A stretch of DNA of 64,000 bases from Selaginella moellendorffii (taxonomy: Eukaryota; Plantae; Lycopodiophyta). Position 1 is the first letter of the stretch; the number at the start of each line of letters is the position of its first letter. The position numbers were made by a program, and so were the translations under genes. The notes under the pieces were generated by a model that ran no database searches, was not told the DNA's origin, and worked only from the letters and a program-made list of their open reading frames with translations. The stretch is from assembly GCF_000143415.4 (NCBI RefSeq), contig NW_003314293.1, forward strand, positions 767,497 through 831,496, in the 5' to 3' direction. Below are positions 1 to 11,681 of the stretch, in pieces.

Positions 1-2
1 AT

Positions 3-430
3 GGGAAGCATCTTGCAGTCAAGGGGCATCTCGTCCACAGGAGTGAAGACAACAGGCTTGCAGTCGTCGCTGTCATGTACACAATTGGATCGATCAGGTA
101 AACAGAGATCTGGGTTTTCTTTGTGATTTCTGAGAATTGTTTCACTGTCTTTTTGGTAAGGTTGAGCATTTTCTACCTGAGCTGAGTGGCTAGCAAGATG
201 TTTAAGTGGTGGATCCCTCGCTGCTCAATGTTGGAGGGAAGTGATTCTTCAGATATGTTGGATCACTGACATCACTGCCCTGCACCGAGCAAGTGACATG
301 GAGCGTGTTGAGAAGAGTAAACAAAATTATTTCCTTAATCTTTTGTTTCTTTTCCGCTGACCATGGTTCTGATGTTGCAGTCACGAACGATCTCGAAAAC
401 CCCATACTGGCTTTTGATGAATGCCCTCAA
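3..430 (+). pseudogene. Alpha-carbonic anhydrase, 3' exons; probable pseudogene (5' part lies outside the window)
   Basis: Translates to GKHLAVKGHLVHRSEDNRLAVVAVMYTIG and, in the next exon, GGK*FFRYVGSLTSLPCTEQVTWSVL, matching the alpha-CA motifs ELHxVH and YxGSLTTPPCxExVxW. In-frame TGA at 242-244. Confidence 0.75.
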
Positions 431-1329
431 TATAAGAATTAATTCACGCGCTAATAAAGCTTCTAACATTCTGTACAGGGTGATAACAACAGATCGATAC
501 AAGGCTTGTTTGGAAAATATTATAAATAGAAGATTCGTTTTGCCCGGGAGCCCTAAAATTTGCCGTATTAGGGCACGCGGTTTTTTAACCTACTATGTGG
601 AAGTCTATATTTCTCTTGCTTGTAGTAGATGCAGACCAGCTCAAAATACATCCAGATTACCATCTCAAAGTGTTCCAGATTCCAGAACCCGAGAATATTA
701 CGCTCTATGTGGAATTGCTCGATATGCTTCCTGGCCCAGTGCGTCCTGTCTACTTGGATCCCGTCCATTCCTTTTATGCTTTGATGATGGAAAGACAAGC
801 AAGCATCTTGAGGAGTAAGTCTTAAAGTTGTTTTTTTTTTGTTTCTTTTTAATACCTTATCGTTTTTTCAAGCGAGGGCAAACGTTTCTGTGATTCTTAG
901 AAGTGAATATGCTGTGCTGCTCTAAATTTTGCAAGATTAACTAGGATTCAACCTATCAATATGAAATCTATGTTTGTTTTTGCTTGAAGCAAACTACAAA
1001 TCTTTTGAGGACGCCTTATGTCCCAGCCAAGGGCTTTTGGAGAACGTCGTCATTTATTTGATTATCTCATAGGTTAACAATAAATTTATGTCCCTATAAT
1101 TCTCTTTCTCTTCTTTTTGAAGCCAGAGGAAACGTTTCAGTAATTCTTGTAGCTGTGTTGAAACATGTAAAATTGATCAAGCCGTCAATTGATTATTCAT
1201 TGAACTGTACAATGGAAGTTACCACCACCCAGAATGATCGACTTCCAAGTTTCATGGGGTTAGGTGCGGAGGAGGAGGGGAGCTTGGCTCGGAAGGACAG
1301 CTACTGCTGCTACTGCTGCTGTTGTGTGG

Positions 1330-1595
1330 CGACACTTTCTTCCCGAGGGGCGCCGGATCTCATAACGCCATGTACTGGATCTCCGACGGGGTCTCGGGGT
1401 TGAATCGCGCCTCGTGTGGGAGTTCCTTGAACGGGACCTCCACGGTGCCGATGGACTTGTCGTGGATGTGGCCGCGGGGAAGATCGATGGTGAATTTGCC
1501 CGCAGCGCTGATGACAAGCTTCTGGTTCCAGACGGGGTTCTTGGCCCCCTCTTGGTCGACGTGGGTGTAGACCTTTTTGGAGGGATGGACACGAA
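1330..1595 (-). pseudogene. C2-domain (SRC2/BAP-like) gene fragment, frameshifted
   Basis: Minus-strand pieces in different frames: HPSKKVYTHVDQEGAKNPVWNQKLVI, HDKSIGTVEVPFKEL and YEIRRPSGRK, resembling SRC2-type C2 domains. Confidence 0.6.
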
Positions 1596-3612
1596 TATGT
1601 CAGAGTTTAATCCGCTCATCACAGCTCCAGCGTGGTGCAGGGTGAGAGCTTGACAAGCCTTCCTCAAGCGCTTTGATCGCTGCCAGATAAGTCACTCAAT
1701 TCGGAGCAAGGCCCTCGACGTCCTTGGGAGAGACCACTTCACAGTCTCCATTCTCCACATAATGGTGGAATTGTTTGCTTAAGTTGCACTTACAGGTGTA
1801 GTGCATTCCGTGGCACCATTCTGTTTTGGATCTCCGCCTACATTCATCTGGCAACTAGCTAGATAGCGCCCGGAGGCTTCAAATCTCCAGGTCAGAGAAA
1901 CATCCAGGGAAATAGGCCGGCTGCATTTAATGTAGTTTGCGATTTGCGATCAAGAACAAAAAGGAGTGATCTCGATTCACAGATGAAAACATTACAACGA
2001 GTGGCGAGTTGACAGAGAAAGAAAGTCTCTTTCTTTTCCAGATGAGCTATGGCTACCACCACGTAAATGATGGGAAGCTCTACTTCGCAGCGAGAACATG
2101 ACTTTCACATACTCCAGTATAAACTATCTTCGTAAGTTACTGAATCCTCAGAAGTTCTTCTGGTACATGCGGGGCTTTGCTGGGATTCCTTTGTCTTGAA
2201 TGCATGACGTTGAGCTTCTGAGGGATCCAGCAGGTTCGTACCAAATTTGACCGGCCTTATTATGGAGGATGAAACGTCTGGAAAGGGGAGTCATCTTTGA
2301 TGATTAAATCTGAGATGTCTTCGTCCCCGGCCGATCACAAAGTAGGATTAAACTTTTTAGTTTGTCCGGGCAACGTATACGTCCGGTACAGGGAGAGGCG
2401 ATGGACTGGGGCCTTCGAGCTCAAGAGCTTCGCTGGACTACTCTCGACGGGGAAGATCAAAATTCAATACGTCAACAATTACCAGGCCAGATCTGGAGGT
2501 GTTATGCACATCCTGGGTATAATGTTTGCATCCCCTTCGTTGTCAAAACTTCATAAATAAAAATTCTACTACAGAAGCGACCCAAATAGCCTCTGGTCGG
2601 TGACAGTAATGTCATGGAGAGAGAAAGTGATGGATGTAGTTACTATCCTCTGCCCTTCCTCTAGGTCGAAAGACATATAGCGTAATGCGTCCACGTTAAG
2701 CTCAGGAGGAATGTCATGTTTTAAGAAGTGATATAACAGGTAATCCTTGGGTAAAGGTGCCTCTTAGTCAAGTTTCAAGTGGCTTTCAAAAAGTAGGGTC
2801 TTTGATTTATTAAAAAGGAAAGATATTGATTCATCTGTGACTGTGTTAGAGATTTCCATTCGAGGGAGCATAATGTTCTGCGCCTAGCTTTTGCTCACGG
2901 AATTCAGGGAGGTAAGCTTTTGTTGGAGACATAAGTTCAAGCTTCTAAGATTTTTAGTATTCTTCCAGTTTCATCTTAAGTTCATCTAGCACCAACTTGT
3001 TATTTCTTGCCAAGCCACTCTATATGACTTCGTCTCCAACAAGTTCACCAAGTTCACCAAGTACTAAGTACAAGTAGTATGGAGCTCACCAAGTTCCATA
3101 TCTTATTTTCGCAGGTACTTAGCTTTCGATTGATTCTCTTTGCGTTTTTCTCGAAGTGCCTCGTATACTTCTCCTCTTGATAAATTCTTGGTGTGGTTCT
3201 TTATCTTAGTAAATTTACATATTGTCTTCATCCACTCATTGCAGGCTTGATACAAGTTCTTTCATGCAATTGGCAAATGCATTTTACCCCAGAGCTGCCA
3301 ACTCGAGCACTCTACCTCACTCTCAGCAATCTTAGCTTCGGGATTAGTGTGGCAAGTCGAGTGGGAGCTCCACCAGGGAGCTGAAAATGCTCATTTTGTG
3401 TCTGGGAGCTAACGATAGGGCAGCATCTCGAGCCTCCAGTCTGCTGGCCAAAACCATAACCATTTTCTCGTTCCTCAGAAAAAAAATCGGGGGTTGCATT
3501 GTAGGGGATCGCTGCCAAGGTTGAGAATGACAAGGATCAGCCAGGAAATGCAAAAGCATGACATAATAGGCTGTCACACAGATGACAAAGCCCACTCTGT
3601 CCAAGTTTGAAT

Positions 3613-3672
3613 GGAGTTTGATAGTATACTACGAGCCACTAATTAGTAGCTCCCATTATACTATCAAACTCC
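3613..3672. repeat. 60-nt near-perfect hairpin (16-bp perfect inverted repeat plus inner stem)
   Basis: GGAGTTTGATAGTATA (3613-3628) is the exact reverse complement of TATACTATCAAACTCC (3657-3672). The inner GAGCcACTAATTAGTaGCTC also pairs. Confidence 0.85.
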
Positions 3673-4726
3673 TCATCATTCTACCTCAGCCTCTCCAAGG
3701 CTGGCTCACCTTGGGCTTCTTTTAACTAATGCAACCTCTTCAATTTATGAAGTTGGCCACAAGCATCTAAATCGTTCTAATTTGTTAAATGCTTCTTGAT
3801 ATTTTCATTTTGCATGGTTTTTTTTTCCAAAATATTTTAAATTCCCAAAGCAAACCAAGAATTTTTATAGCACAGTAAATTATTTAATGGTCCAGAAATT
3901 CGTTTAAAGGTGTTTTAGTAGTTATGGTGTTATTGATTTTCTTTGAGATCTGGCCAAAAAATTTGCTTTAAAAAGTGTGAGTGCTGTATTGGGATTAGAT
4001 CCCTCCTTGTGTGTGTTTGAGGTGCATTGCTGGGTTTTGCAGTTAAGACATCATAACTTATTTGACGCTAAATAATTCATTAAGCTATGTACTTTTTGAA
4101 ATTATTATCCACCAGAAATTAGCCTTAAGATAGCTTTTTTACTATTGAAAAACACATTAACTTCGAAATGGACCAAGGACAAACCGCTGAGCTCTAGTAA
4201 TTTTCGTTGGTGTAAAACCAACAGCTGCGATATGTTACCTTTGGACGGCTCGAGACGCGTTCAAGTAGACGGTTGCGATAAGCCATGCAACCAACGGCTG
4301 CGATAATTGCACCCCTCTATTCCTTTTGTCGCTTCCAAGTTAGGTCACCCTAATGCCCAGAGGGATTGATTGGAGGGAGCGGTGCGGAGCGAGCGAAGAT
4401 CTTGTCGCCGCCTGTTGGGAATGATCCATGCCCGGGTAGGCGCCGCTGGCCAGTGTGATGAGATCGTATGGACGAGGCAAAGGAATCGCAGCGGTCACTG
4501 AGCCGCTGGATTGATGACGGGACTTGTCCATGGAAATTGTGGGGTTTAGGTGCAATGGCTGGAGCGATGCCCCGATCTGTCAAAATTCTCGGCGATTGCT
4601 GTGCTGCTGCGGCTCATTCCTTAGACAATCCGATTATGGAGCCCATTTTTCCTCAGATTTTACGGCGGTGTATACCACGGAGTGACTTGATGCTAGCTCT
4701 TTTGGGGTGAAAGGAAGAAGAACGCA

Positions 4727-6703
4727 ATGCAGAGGTATATCACAAAACTTTCTCACTCTCAGAGTTTTTTTCTTCCTTTTTTCTCCTTTAAAAGGTACCA
4801 AGTCATCAAACAAGTTGGAGATGGAACGTATGGCAGTGTGTGGAAGGCAATTGATCGATGTACGAATGAATTTGTAAGTCGAGCGCTTTTTTCTGGTCCA
4901 GTTTTACTTAATCTTGTACGTTTTGCGTTTCAGGTTGCAATCAAGAAAATGAAAACCAAGTTTCACGGATGGGAAGAATGCATGAATTTGCGTGAAGTGA
5001 AGGTCAGTTTCCTTGCTTTTTGTTTTGCATCGTGAATCTTATGCGGAAGTTTTGGCTTCAGTGTCTTCAACGCTTAGATCATCCCAATATTGTCCAGCTA
5101 AAGGAGGTGATCTGGGAACATGGAGAGCTGTTTCTTGTCTTCGAGTATATGGTAAAACAAACCTATTGATGGTTTCGTGACACGAACTTGTTTTTCCAAT
5201 TTGTTTTTCCTTTTTTTTTTTTCCAATTTGTAGGAATGCAACTTGTATCAAGTCATGAAGGACCGATCCAAGATGCTGTCGGAAGAGCGAATTAGGATCT
5301 GGAGTTTCCAGGTGCTTCGAGCATTGGACTACATGCACCAACATGGAATATTTCACAGAGATCTCAAACCAGGTTTGGTATTTTCATCTTTAGGCTCTCA
5401 TGAGTTTGTAATGTATTCCGTTCCAACAGAAAACCTTTTAGTTTCCGATGAGGCTATCAAAGTGGCTGATTTTGGACTCGCTCGAGAAGTATACTCAGTG
5501 GCACCATATACTGATTACGTTGCTACGAGATGGTAGTCCGTTTTTTTATAAGTCACTTCTAGATTAACGTTATCTTTTCAGGTATCGGGCGCCAGAGGTG
5601 CTTCTTCAGGCACCTTCTTACAGTTACGCAATTGGTATGTCCGCTATAAAGCTTGAGTTCCGTTATTCACCGTTATTGTTTGGCAGACATATGGGCAATG
5701 GGAGCCATTATGGCCGAGCTTTTCAATTTGCAACCTTTGTTCCCAGGAGCCAGGTGTGTAACTTGTGAAGCTTAGTCTGAGATTCTTAAAGTCCTGCTTT
5801 TGCAGTGAAGCAGACGAGATTTACAAAATATGTTCTGTTCTTGGCTCTCCGAACTATCACACTTGGCCGGATGGGATGCAACTCGCTGTTCGTAAAGGCT
5901 TTCGATTTCCTCAGGTGATGTTCAGCTCTTTCACGATTAGTTTTTGACGATTCCTTCGGCAGTTTGCGCCGGCGGGGCTGCAAAGTTTAATACCTTCGGC
6001 TAGCCCAGCTGCGGTGGACATGATATCTGTAAGTTTGTTTGAAGATAGATCCACCAGAGCTAATGTAAATTGCTTTCCTTGCAGGCTATGCTGTGCTGGG
6101 ATCCAAACAGGCGACCGACGGCGTATCAACTGCGACAGCATCCTTTCTTTTACCAGTTTGGCTTATGCATTCCTCCTCCGATTGAAAGGCCATACGTCAT
6201 CACCATCGACCCAGACGAGCAAGGTAAAATTTTTTGAAACCAAACTCAAAACTCACGACGAGCTCTGGCAGCTGATTATAACTACTACCGCCGAGGGCAG
6301 ATTCACAATACAGGCTACAGCCAACCACTGCAAGAGCTAAGCTTATTCCCTTCTGGCAAGCTGAGAAACCAGCAGCATTCGAGTCTGGCTTCCAAAGGTA
6401 AGTTTGCGCTTTTGGTTTTTTGGCTTGGAACTTAGCTAAAGTGACAACTTTGCAGCTTTCTCGTATGGTTTTCCTGATGTCATACCTTGCATCAAGCGGC
6501 CTGTGGCTGGACTTGGCATCAGCAGCAAGTAAGCAGAACTATGGATAAAATATCAAAAGGATGCTTGACGTGTTTGCTTCAGGCATGTTTGCTCGGGTGA
6601 GGATCTAAGCTTGAGCACGGCAAGTGGTGGAGGTAGGAATCCAATGCTACAATTTGGGGAGAATGACTACTTGGCTCTTCAAGTATACCAGGGATACCCG
6701 TGA
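4727..6703 (+). CDS. MAK/ICK-family (MHK / CDKF;4-like) Ser/Thr protein kinase, multi-exon
   Basis: Exons give [45 protein letters not shown] and the TDY activation loop ([15 protein letters not shown]). Introns are GT-AG. The last exon is open to TGA at 6701-6703, but the 3' exon structure is less certain. Confidence 0.9.
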
Positions 6704-6786
6704 TGATCTTCTCAGCTTCTAGCAAAGGTTTCAGAGATATTAATGTTATTCCTAACAGATGACACAGAAAGAAGACTATAGTATCT

Positions 6787-8484
6787 ATGGATCAAACAGA
6801 ATGCCTTCGTCTAATCAATTCTTGTGGCAATCTTTCACGAGTTCGTGAAGTTCACTCGATCTTGAAACGCTCCCATGGAAACGCTCTTTTTGGAGATTCT
6901 TTTGTTTGTAACAAGCTCATCGAGATATATGGCAAGTGTGGGAGCCCTGGCGATGCCAAGTCCGTGTTTGACGAGATGGGCTTCTCGAATTCCATCTCCT
7001 GGGGCGTGCTTCTCCTGGCATACACTCGAAATGGCCTCCTGCGCGATGCCAAACTCCTCTTCGACTCCATGCCTCGCAAGAACATCGTCTGCGCCACGAC
7101 GATCCTCACTGCGTTTGCGCAATCTGGAGACGTTGCCAGAGCCAAGGAGGCCTTTGATTCCATGCCTTTGCACAATTTGGTGGCTTGGAATGCGATTCTA
7201 AGTGCCTTTGCCAGACATAGGCATTTGGAAATCGCGAAGGCGGTGTTTGATTCTATGCCGGAGCACGATCTCATATCGTGGACTACACTACTCACAGCTT
7301 ATACACAAGATTCCTTTCTTCTTCACGCAGTGAAAACGTTTGAAACAATGCCAGAACGAGATATAGTTTCGTGGACGGCAATGTTAACTGCATATGCCAT
7401 ATCCGGGCATCTTGAATCTGCGCATGATACTTTTCAAAACATGCCGGAGCGGAATCTCGTCTCGTGGAACGCCATGTTGGCGGCATATTCGCAAAGCGGG
7501 AATCTTAAAGAAGCTAGGAATCTTTTTAGGGATGTCCCCGAGACGGATCTTGTGACCTGGAATCTCTTGCTCACTCTAGATGCTCAAAGCGGGAATCTGT
7601 CAGTGGTAAAAGAAACTTTTGACGTGAAAATGCCCCAGCACAATCTGGTCTCCTGGAACGTAATACTGTCGTCATACTGTCAAGCTACGCGTATCGAAGA
7701 CGCCAAATGTATTTTTGATTCTATACCATCACTCAACCTCATTTCTTGGAACACAATGTTGGCAGCATATACTAGAGCAGGGCATCTTGATGATGCTAAG
7801 TTCTTGTTTGAGAGAATGCCGCAGAAAGACATTCTATCCTGGACATCTATTCTGACTTCTGTTTCTCAAGAAGGTGATTTAGAATGCTTTGAGTCTGTTT
7901 TCTATCGCATGCCAGCCAGAGATTCCTTCGCCTGGGCCACCATGGTTATGGCGTACACCCAAAACGGGCATCTTCGCAAAGCAAAATCTTGCTTTGATCG
8001 AATTCCAGAGTGGGATATCATCTCCTGGACTTCTGTTCTTGCGAGTTTTACTCACAAAAGAAACCCCGCAGAGTCTCTACACCTCTTTGGATCGATGGAG
8101 ATGCTGGATCCTCCAGACCAAGCTTGCTTCACGTCAGTTTTGATCTCTTGCAGCCACGGAGGCAAGGTTGAGTCGGGAAGATCCTGTTTCCTTTCCATGA
8201 GAATGAACTATGGGATCCAACCCACAAGGCAGCATTTTTGCTGCATGGTGGATCTTCTAGCCAGAGCTGGGCATCTGGTGGAAGCCCAAGAACTCATCAC
8301 AAACATGCCCTTTGTTCCTGATGCTTTCGACTGGACTTGCTTGCTCTCGAGCTGTAGAAGCTACAGAGACTTTGATCAAGGTGGCGAGGCTGCGAAACAA
8401 GCGATCTCCATGTTTCCAACCGGAGAAGCTGCATATGTTCTGCTGGCAGCGAATAATACCATTCAAGCTCTTCATCCCGGATGA
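6787..8484 (+). CDS. PLS-class PPR protein (run of 31-aa S/SS repeats ending in an E domain)
   Basis: 565-aa single-exon ORF with repeated MPERDxVSWxAMLxAY...G.L..A...F motifs and a C-terminal CMVDLLARAG...MPFVPD...W..LL..C E-type block. No DYW domain. Confidence 0.93.
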   Translation: MDQTECLRLINSCGNLSRVREVHSILKRSHGNALFGDSFVCNKLIEIYGKCGSPGDAKSVFDEMGFSNSISWGVLLLAYTRNGLLRDAKLLFDSMPRKNIVCATTILTAFAQSGDVARAKEAFDSMPLHNLVAWNAILSAFARHRHLEIAKAVFDSMPEHDLISWTTLLTAYTQDSFLLHAVKTFETMPERDIVSWTAMLTAYAISGHLESAHDTFQNMPERNLVSWNAMLAAYSQSGNLKEARNLFRDVPETDLVTWNLLLTLDAQSGNLSVVKETFDVKMPQHNLVSWNVILSSYCQATRIEDAKCIFDSIPSLNLISWNTMLAAYTRAGHLDDAKFLFERMPQKDILSWTSILTSVSQEGDLECFESVFYRMPARDSFAWATMVMAYTQNGHLRKAKSCFDRIPEWDIISWTSVLASFTHKRNPAESLHLFGSMEMLDPPDQACFTSVLISCSHGGKVESGRSCFLSMRMNYGIQPTRQHFCCMVDLLARAGHLVEAQELITNMPFVPDAFDWTCLLSSCRSYRDFDQGGEAAKQAISMFPTGEAAYVLLAANNTIQALHPG

Positions 8485-8510
8485 ATCACTTTGGCAAGAG
8501 TGTGAAATTT

Positions 8511-10792
8511 CTACCAGTACTCACCACAGGAGCAAGTTCCATCCCTGTAAACATGGAGCCTGCTTGCGTCCCGGCAGACGATGCTCCGCCCCTCCACCCT
8601 CGAGATAAACCCAAGAACTTCATGACACTCGTCGCAAACTCTCAGATTCTTACTGATCCGGATCGTCGTGCCAGGAGCCGTGTTGACGAGCGCGCAAGCC
8701 ACAGCGATCCTCTCGCAGTGCCCGCACAGCGACGCCATCTTCTCGCCACCGCCACCCTCGAAACCCCGAAGAACATCCCGCAACTTCGCCGCGATCTCCA
8801 GACTTTGGGGATGGTTCTCGAGATCCCCGGCCATGAAGCAGTGAACTATACCAGATCTGTCGCTCCACCAGCATCGCCCAGCTTGTTTCCAGTCGCCGCA
8901 ATCCCTCCGGAGCCACTCCACTCGAAGCTGCTCGCTCCACATCCCTGTGCCCGCGTACAAGCTCGACATCAAGAGATAGACCGCCGTGTCTCGCCGATCC
9001 AACCGAATCAAGCTCTCAAACGCGATCCTTCCCACGGCCACATTTTTCCACTTCTTACACGCCGCCAGGAGCGTCCTCCAAGTCACCGTGCTTGGCTCGA
9101 AAGGCATGGCTTGGATCAAAGCGAGAGCGTCGTCCAGCCGGTTTGCTCTGCCGCGGATATCAACCATGCAGTGGTAGTGCTCGATGCTTGGAGTGACCGC
9201 AAACTTGGAGCTCATCGATCCAAACCAAGCCTCGCCAGTCTCCACTAAACCAGCGTGGCTGCAAGCGCTGAGTATGCACAGCAGCGTGATCCCGTCAACT
9301 TCCAACCCCTCGTCCACCATTCCATGGAAGAGATCAAACACTCCTTTGGTATCGCCCTGGCGGCCATAGCCAAAGAGAAGCGCCGTCCAAGTTACCGAGT
9401 CTCGGGACGAGAGTGACTCAAAGATCCGGTGTGATTCATCCATGCTTCCACAGCGAGAGTGGAAATCAAGCACGCAGCTCGCGAGCCCTGCCTCGTTTTC
9501 CAAACCAGTCCGGCAAACTTCCGCGTATATCTTCTTCCCCGCGTCGAGAGCTACGAGGATCTCGCAAGCTTTGAGCCCCGCGGCGAAAGTTCTTGCGTCT
9601 GGAGCGTATCCTTCGAGCTTCATGCGCGAGAAGAGCTCAAGGGCGGCATCGCCATGGCCGTTCTCGGCGTAGCCGAGGATGAGAGCGTTCCATGAGACCA
9701 AACTTCTCGAAGCCATCCTCTCGAAGACACCCCGAGCATCGATCACGCTCCCACACTTGCAGTACATATCCACCACCGTGTTGGAGACGAAGGTGGTCAT
9801 CTCCCTGCCGAGGATCATCTCGGCCTTGCGGTGGACCTCTCTTCCTCTATCGAGGCTCAAAACTTTCACGACTCTCCCGTCGATCTGCTCGCCGGTTTCC
9901 TTCTCGGCCAGATTCGTGCAAGCCTTGAGCGCCGCCAGGAAAGTTCTAGCGTTTGAAACGCAGCCTCTTTGTTCCAATCCTTTCAGCAAATCCATAGCCG
10001 CGACTTCTTCTCCATTTTCGGCAAGCACCAGCATCAAAGCGTTGCAAGAGACCAGATCGTGCTGAGGCATGCTCGCGAAAACTCTCCGAGCGTCGCCCAA
10101 GCTCCCACACTTGGAGTAGAAGGTGACGAGAGCGCTCGCCAAGAACAAGCTCGAGCATCCATCCTTCACAGCCCCGTCATGGACCTCCATCCCCTTCTCC
10201 AGAGCTCTAACTTTCACGATCCTTCCATCGGCCAGCTTCTTCCCAGGCTCTCTAGCAGCCAGGCTCGAGCAAGCTCTCAATCCAGCCAGGTAGCTCGCGG
10301 CATCTAGACGAATCCCGGAAGAAGTCCTGAAACTCGAGAAGAGCTTGATCGCGAGCTCTGGCTCATCGTTGTCTACGTAGCCATTGATGAGCGCTGTCCA
10401 GGCGATCACGTCGTGGCTCTCCATCTCGTCGAATGCTCGCTGCGCTTCCACCATGCTGCCACACTTGGCGTACATATCGATCATCGTGTTCGCGACCACC
10501 GAGCATTTCTTCGCTGAATCACCAATCCCGGAAGCCTCCATCTCCGCGTGTGCTCTCCTCGCCCTTTGCAAGTCCCTGGACATGGCGCAGCCCTTGAGCG
10601 TGGCGATGAGCATGGAGATCTTGGTCCTCTCCTTTCGAATCGCGGCGGCCTGGTCACTTGCAAGGAGATGGAGGTGAGAGATCGAGGATTTCTTGTAGAT
10701 AGCACTTACATTGTGGATTGGAGGCCATCGCCAGGGAGAGACGCAGCCTCATGGATCCATCGCAAGCGAATGGGCTGTGCCCATCGACGCAT
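8511..10792 (-). CDS. PLS-DYW PPR protein (putative organellar C-to-U editing factor)
   Basis: 700-aa ORF with PLS repeats, E1/E2 and a DYW-type domain (HCERIAVA, NLRVCDECH, ending CSCGEYW). Probable short first exon MRRWAQPIRLRW... from 10792 with a GTAAGT donor. Confidence 0.92.
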
Positions 10793-11681
10793 TCTATAAA
10801 CCCTAAACCTAAGTCCATGCCACGTAGGTGCCAAGTGTGCTATTTGACCGTAATTGACCGTTGATCGTTGACTTTCTTTGAAACGACGAATATGCCACAC
10901 GTGTCTCAAGGAAGCCCATGAATATAGGGCTTGCAGTTTTGCCTCGCTAGTGATCTAGGAGAATAATCGTCGTGCGTGGCGCATTCCAGTGTCGGGGCTC
11001 GCGATTTCTACGCGCCGATCATTCCACCGGCGCCACAAAGGTTATTTGGATCTACTCGGCATTCCTGCTCCTCTTCTTGCTAGTGATCGGATTCCAGCTA
11101 CAGTCGCTCGCGATTGCGAGGGTTCTTGCGAAATATTTGCTGTCGAGTGTCGAATTCGTCATTCCGGAGCTCGGCCGATCCGCCGCTGGCGAGATTTCTT
11201 GAAAGCTCCTCTTCCTAGTCTCGGATTCTTCATTCTCGTTCCTATCTCGGATTCACGGTACCGACGTTTGTGAGGTTTTCTTGCTCCCTAGAGTCGAATT
11301 CGTTCCCCTTGCTCGCAATTTTTGTGGGACTTCTTTGACTTTGTGGTCGAATTTCGCATTCTTTCTCTCCTCTTCTAGCGATCGCTGTCGAGATTTCTTG
11401 AGCTGGGAGAGTGATCAGCGGCATTTCCCATGGAAGATTTCTTGCAAGATAGAGTGTCAGCAAATTTGTACTGGTCTTTATCCGAGACTTAACTCTTTTA
11501 TCGTTTTCTTCTCGCAGGGTAAAGTTACTCAAACTCAAAGATAAGCTGGCGCGGCGACTAGATTTTTTCTTTTAGATTGCGTTCCGTGAATCACGCAATC
11601 TCGGCCACCGATCACAGGCCGAGAATCAAGTTTTGAGGATCTCCATCGATCGCTTTCCGGGGGGCCACACCACACGTATGG

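Noticed and set aside
242-244. In-frame TGA in carbonic anhydrase as recoding or editing
   Set aside because: CGA>TGA decay is simpler, and other conserved residues are also altered.
8481-9248. 255-aa plus-strand ORF and many other ORFs overlapping the PPR, gag-pol and RSA1 genes
   Set aside because: Antisense or alternative-frame shadows of GC-rich coding sequence, with no recognisable motifs.
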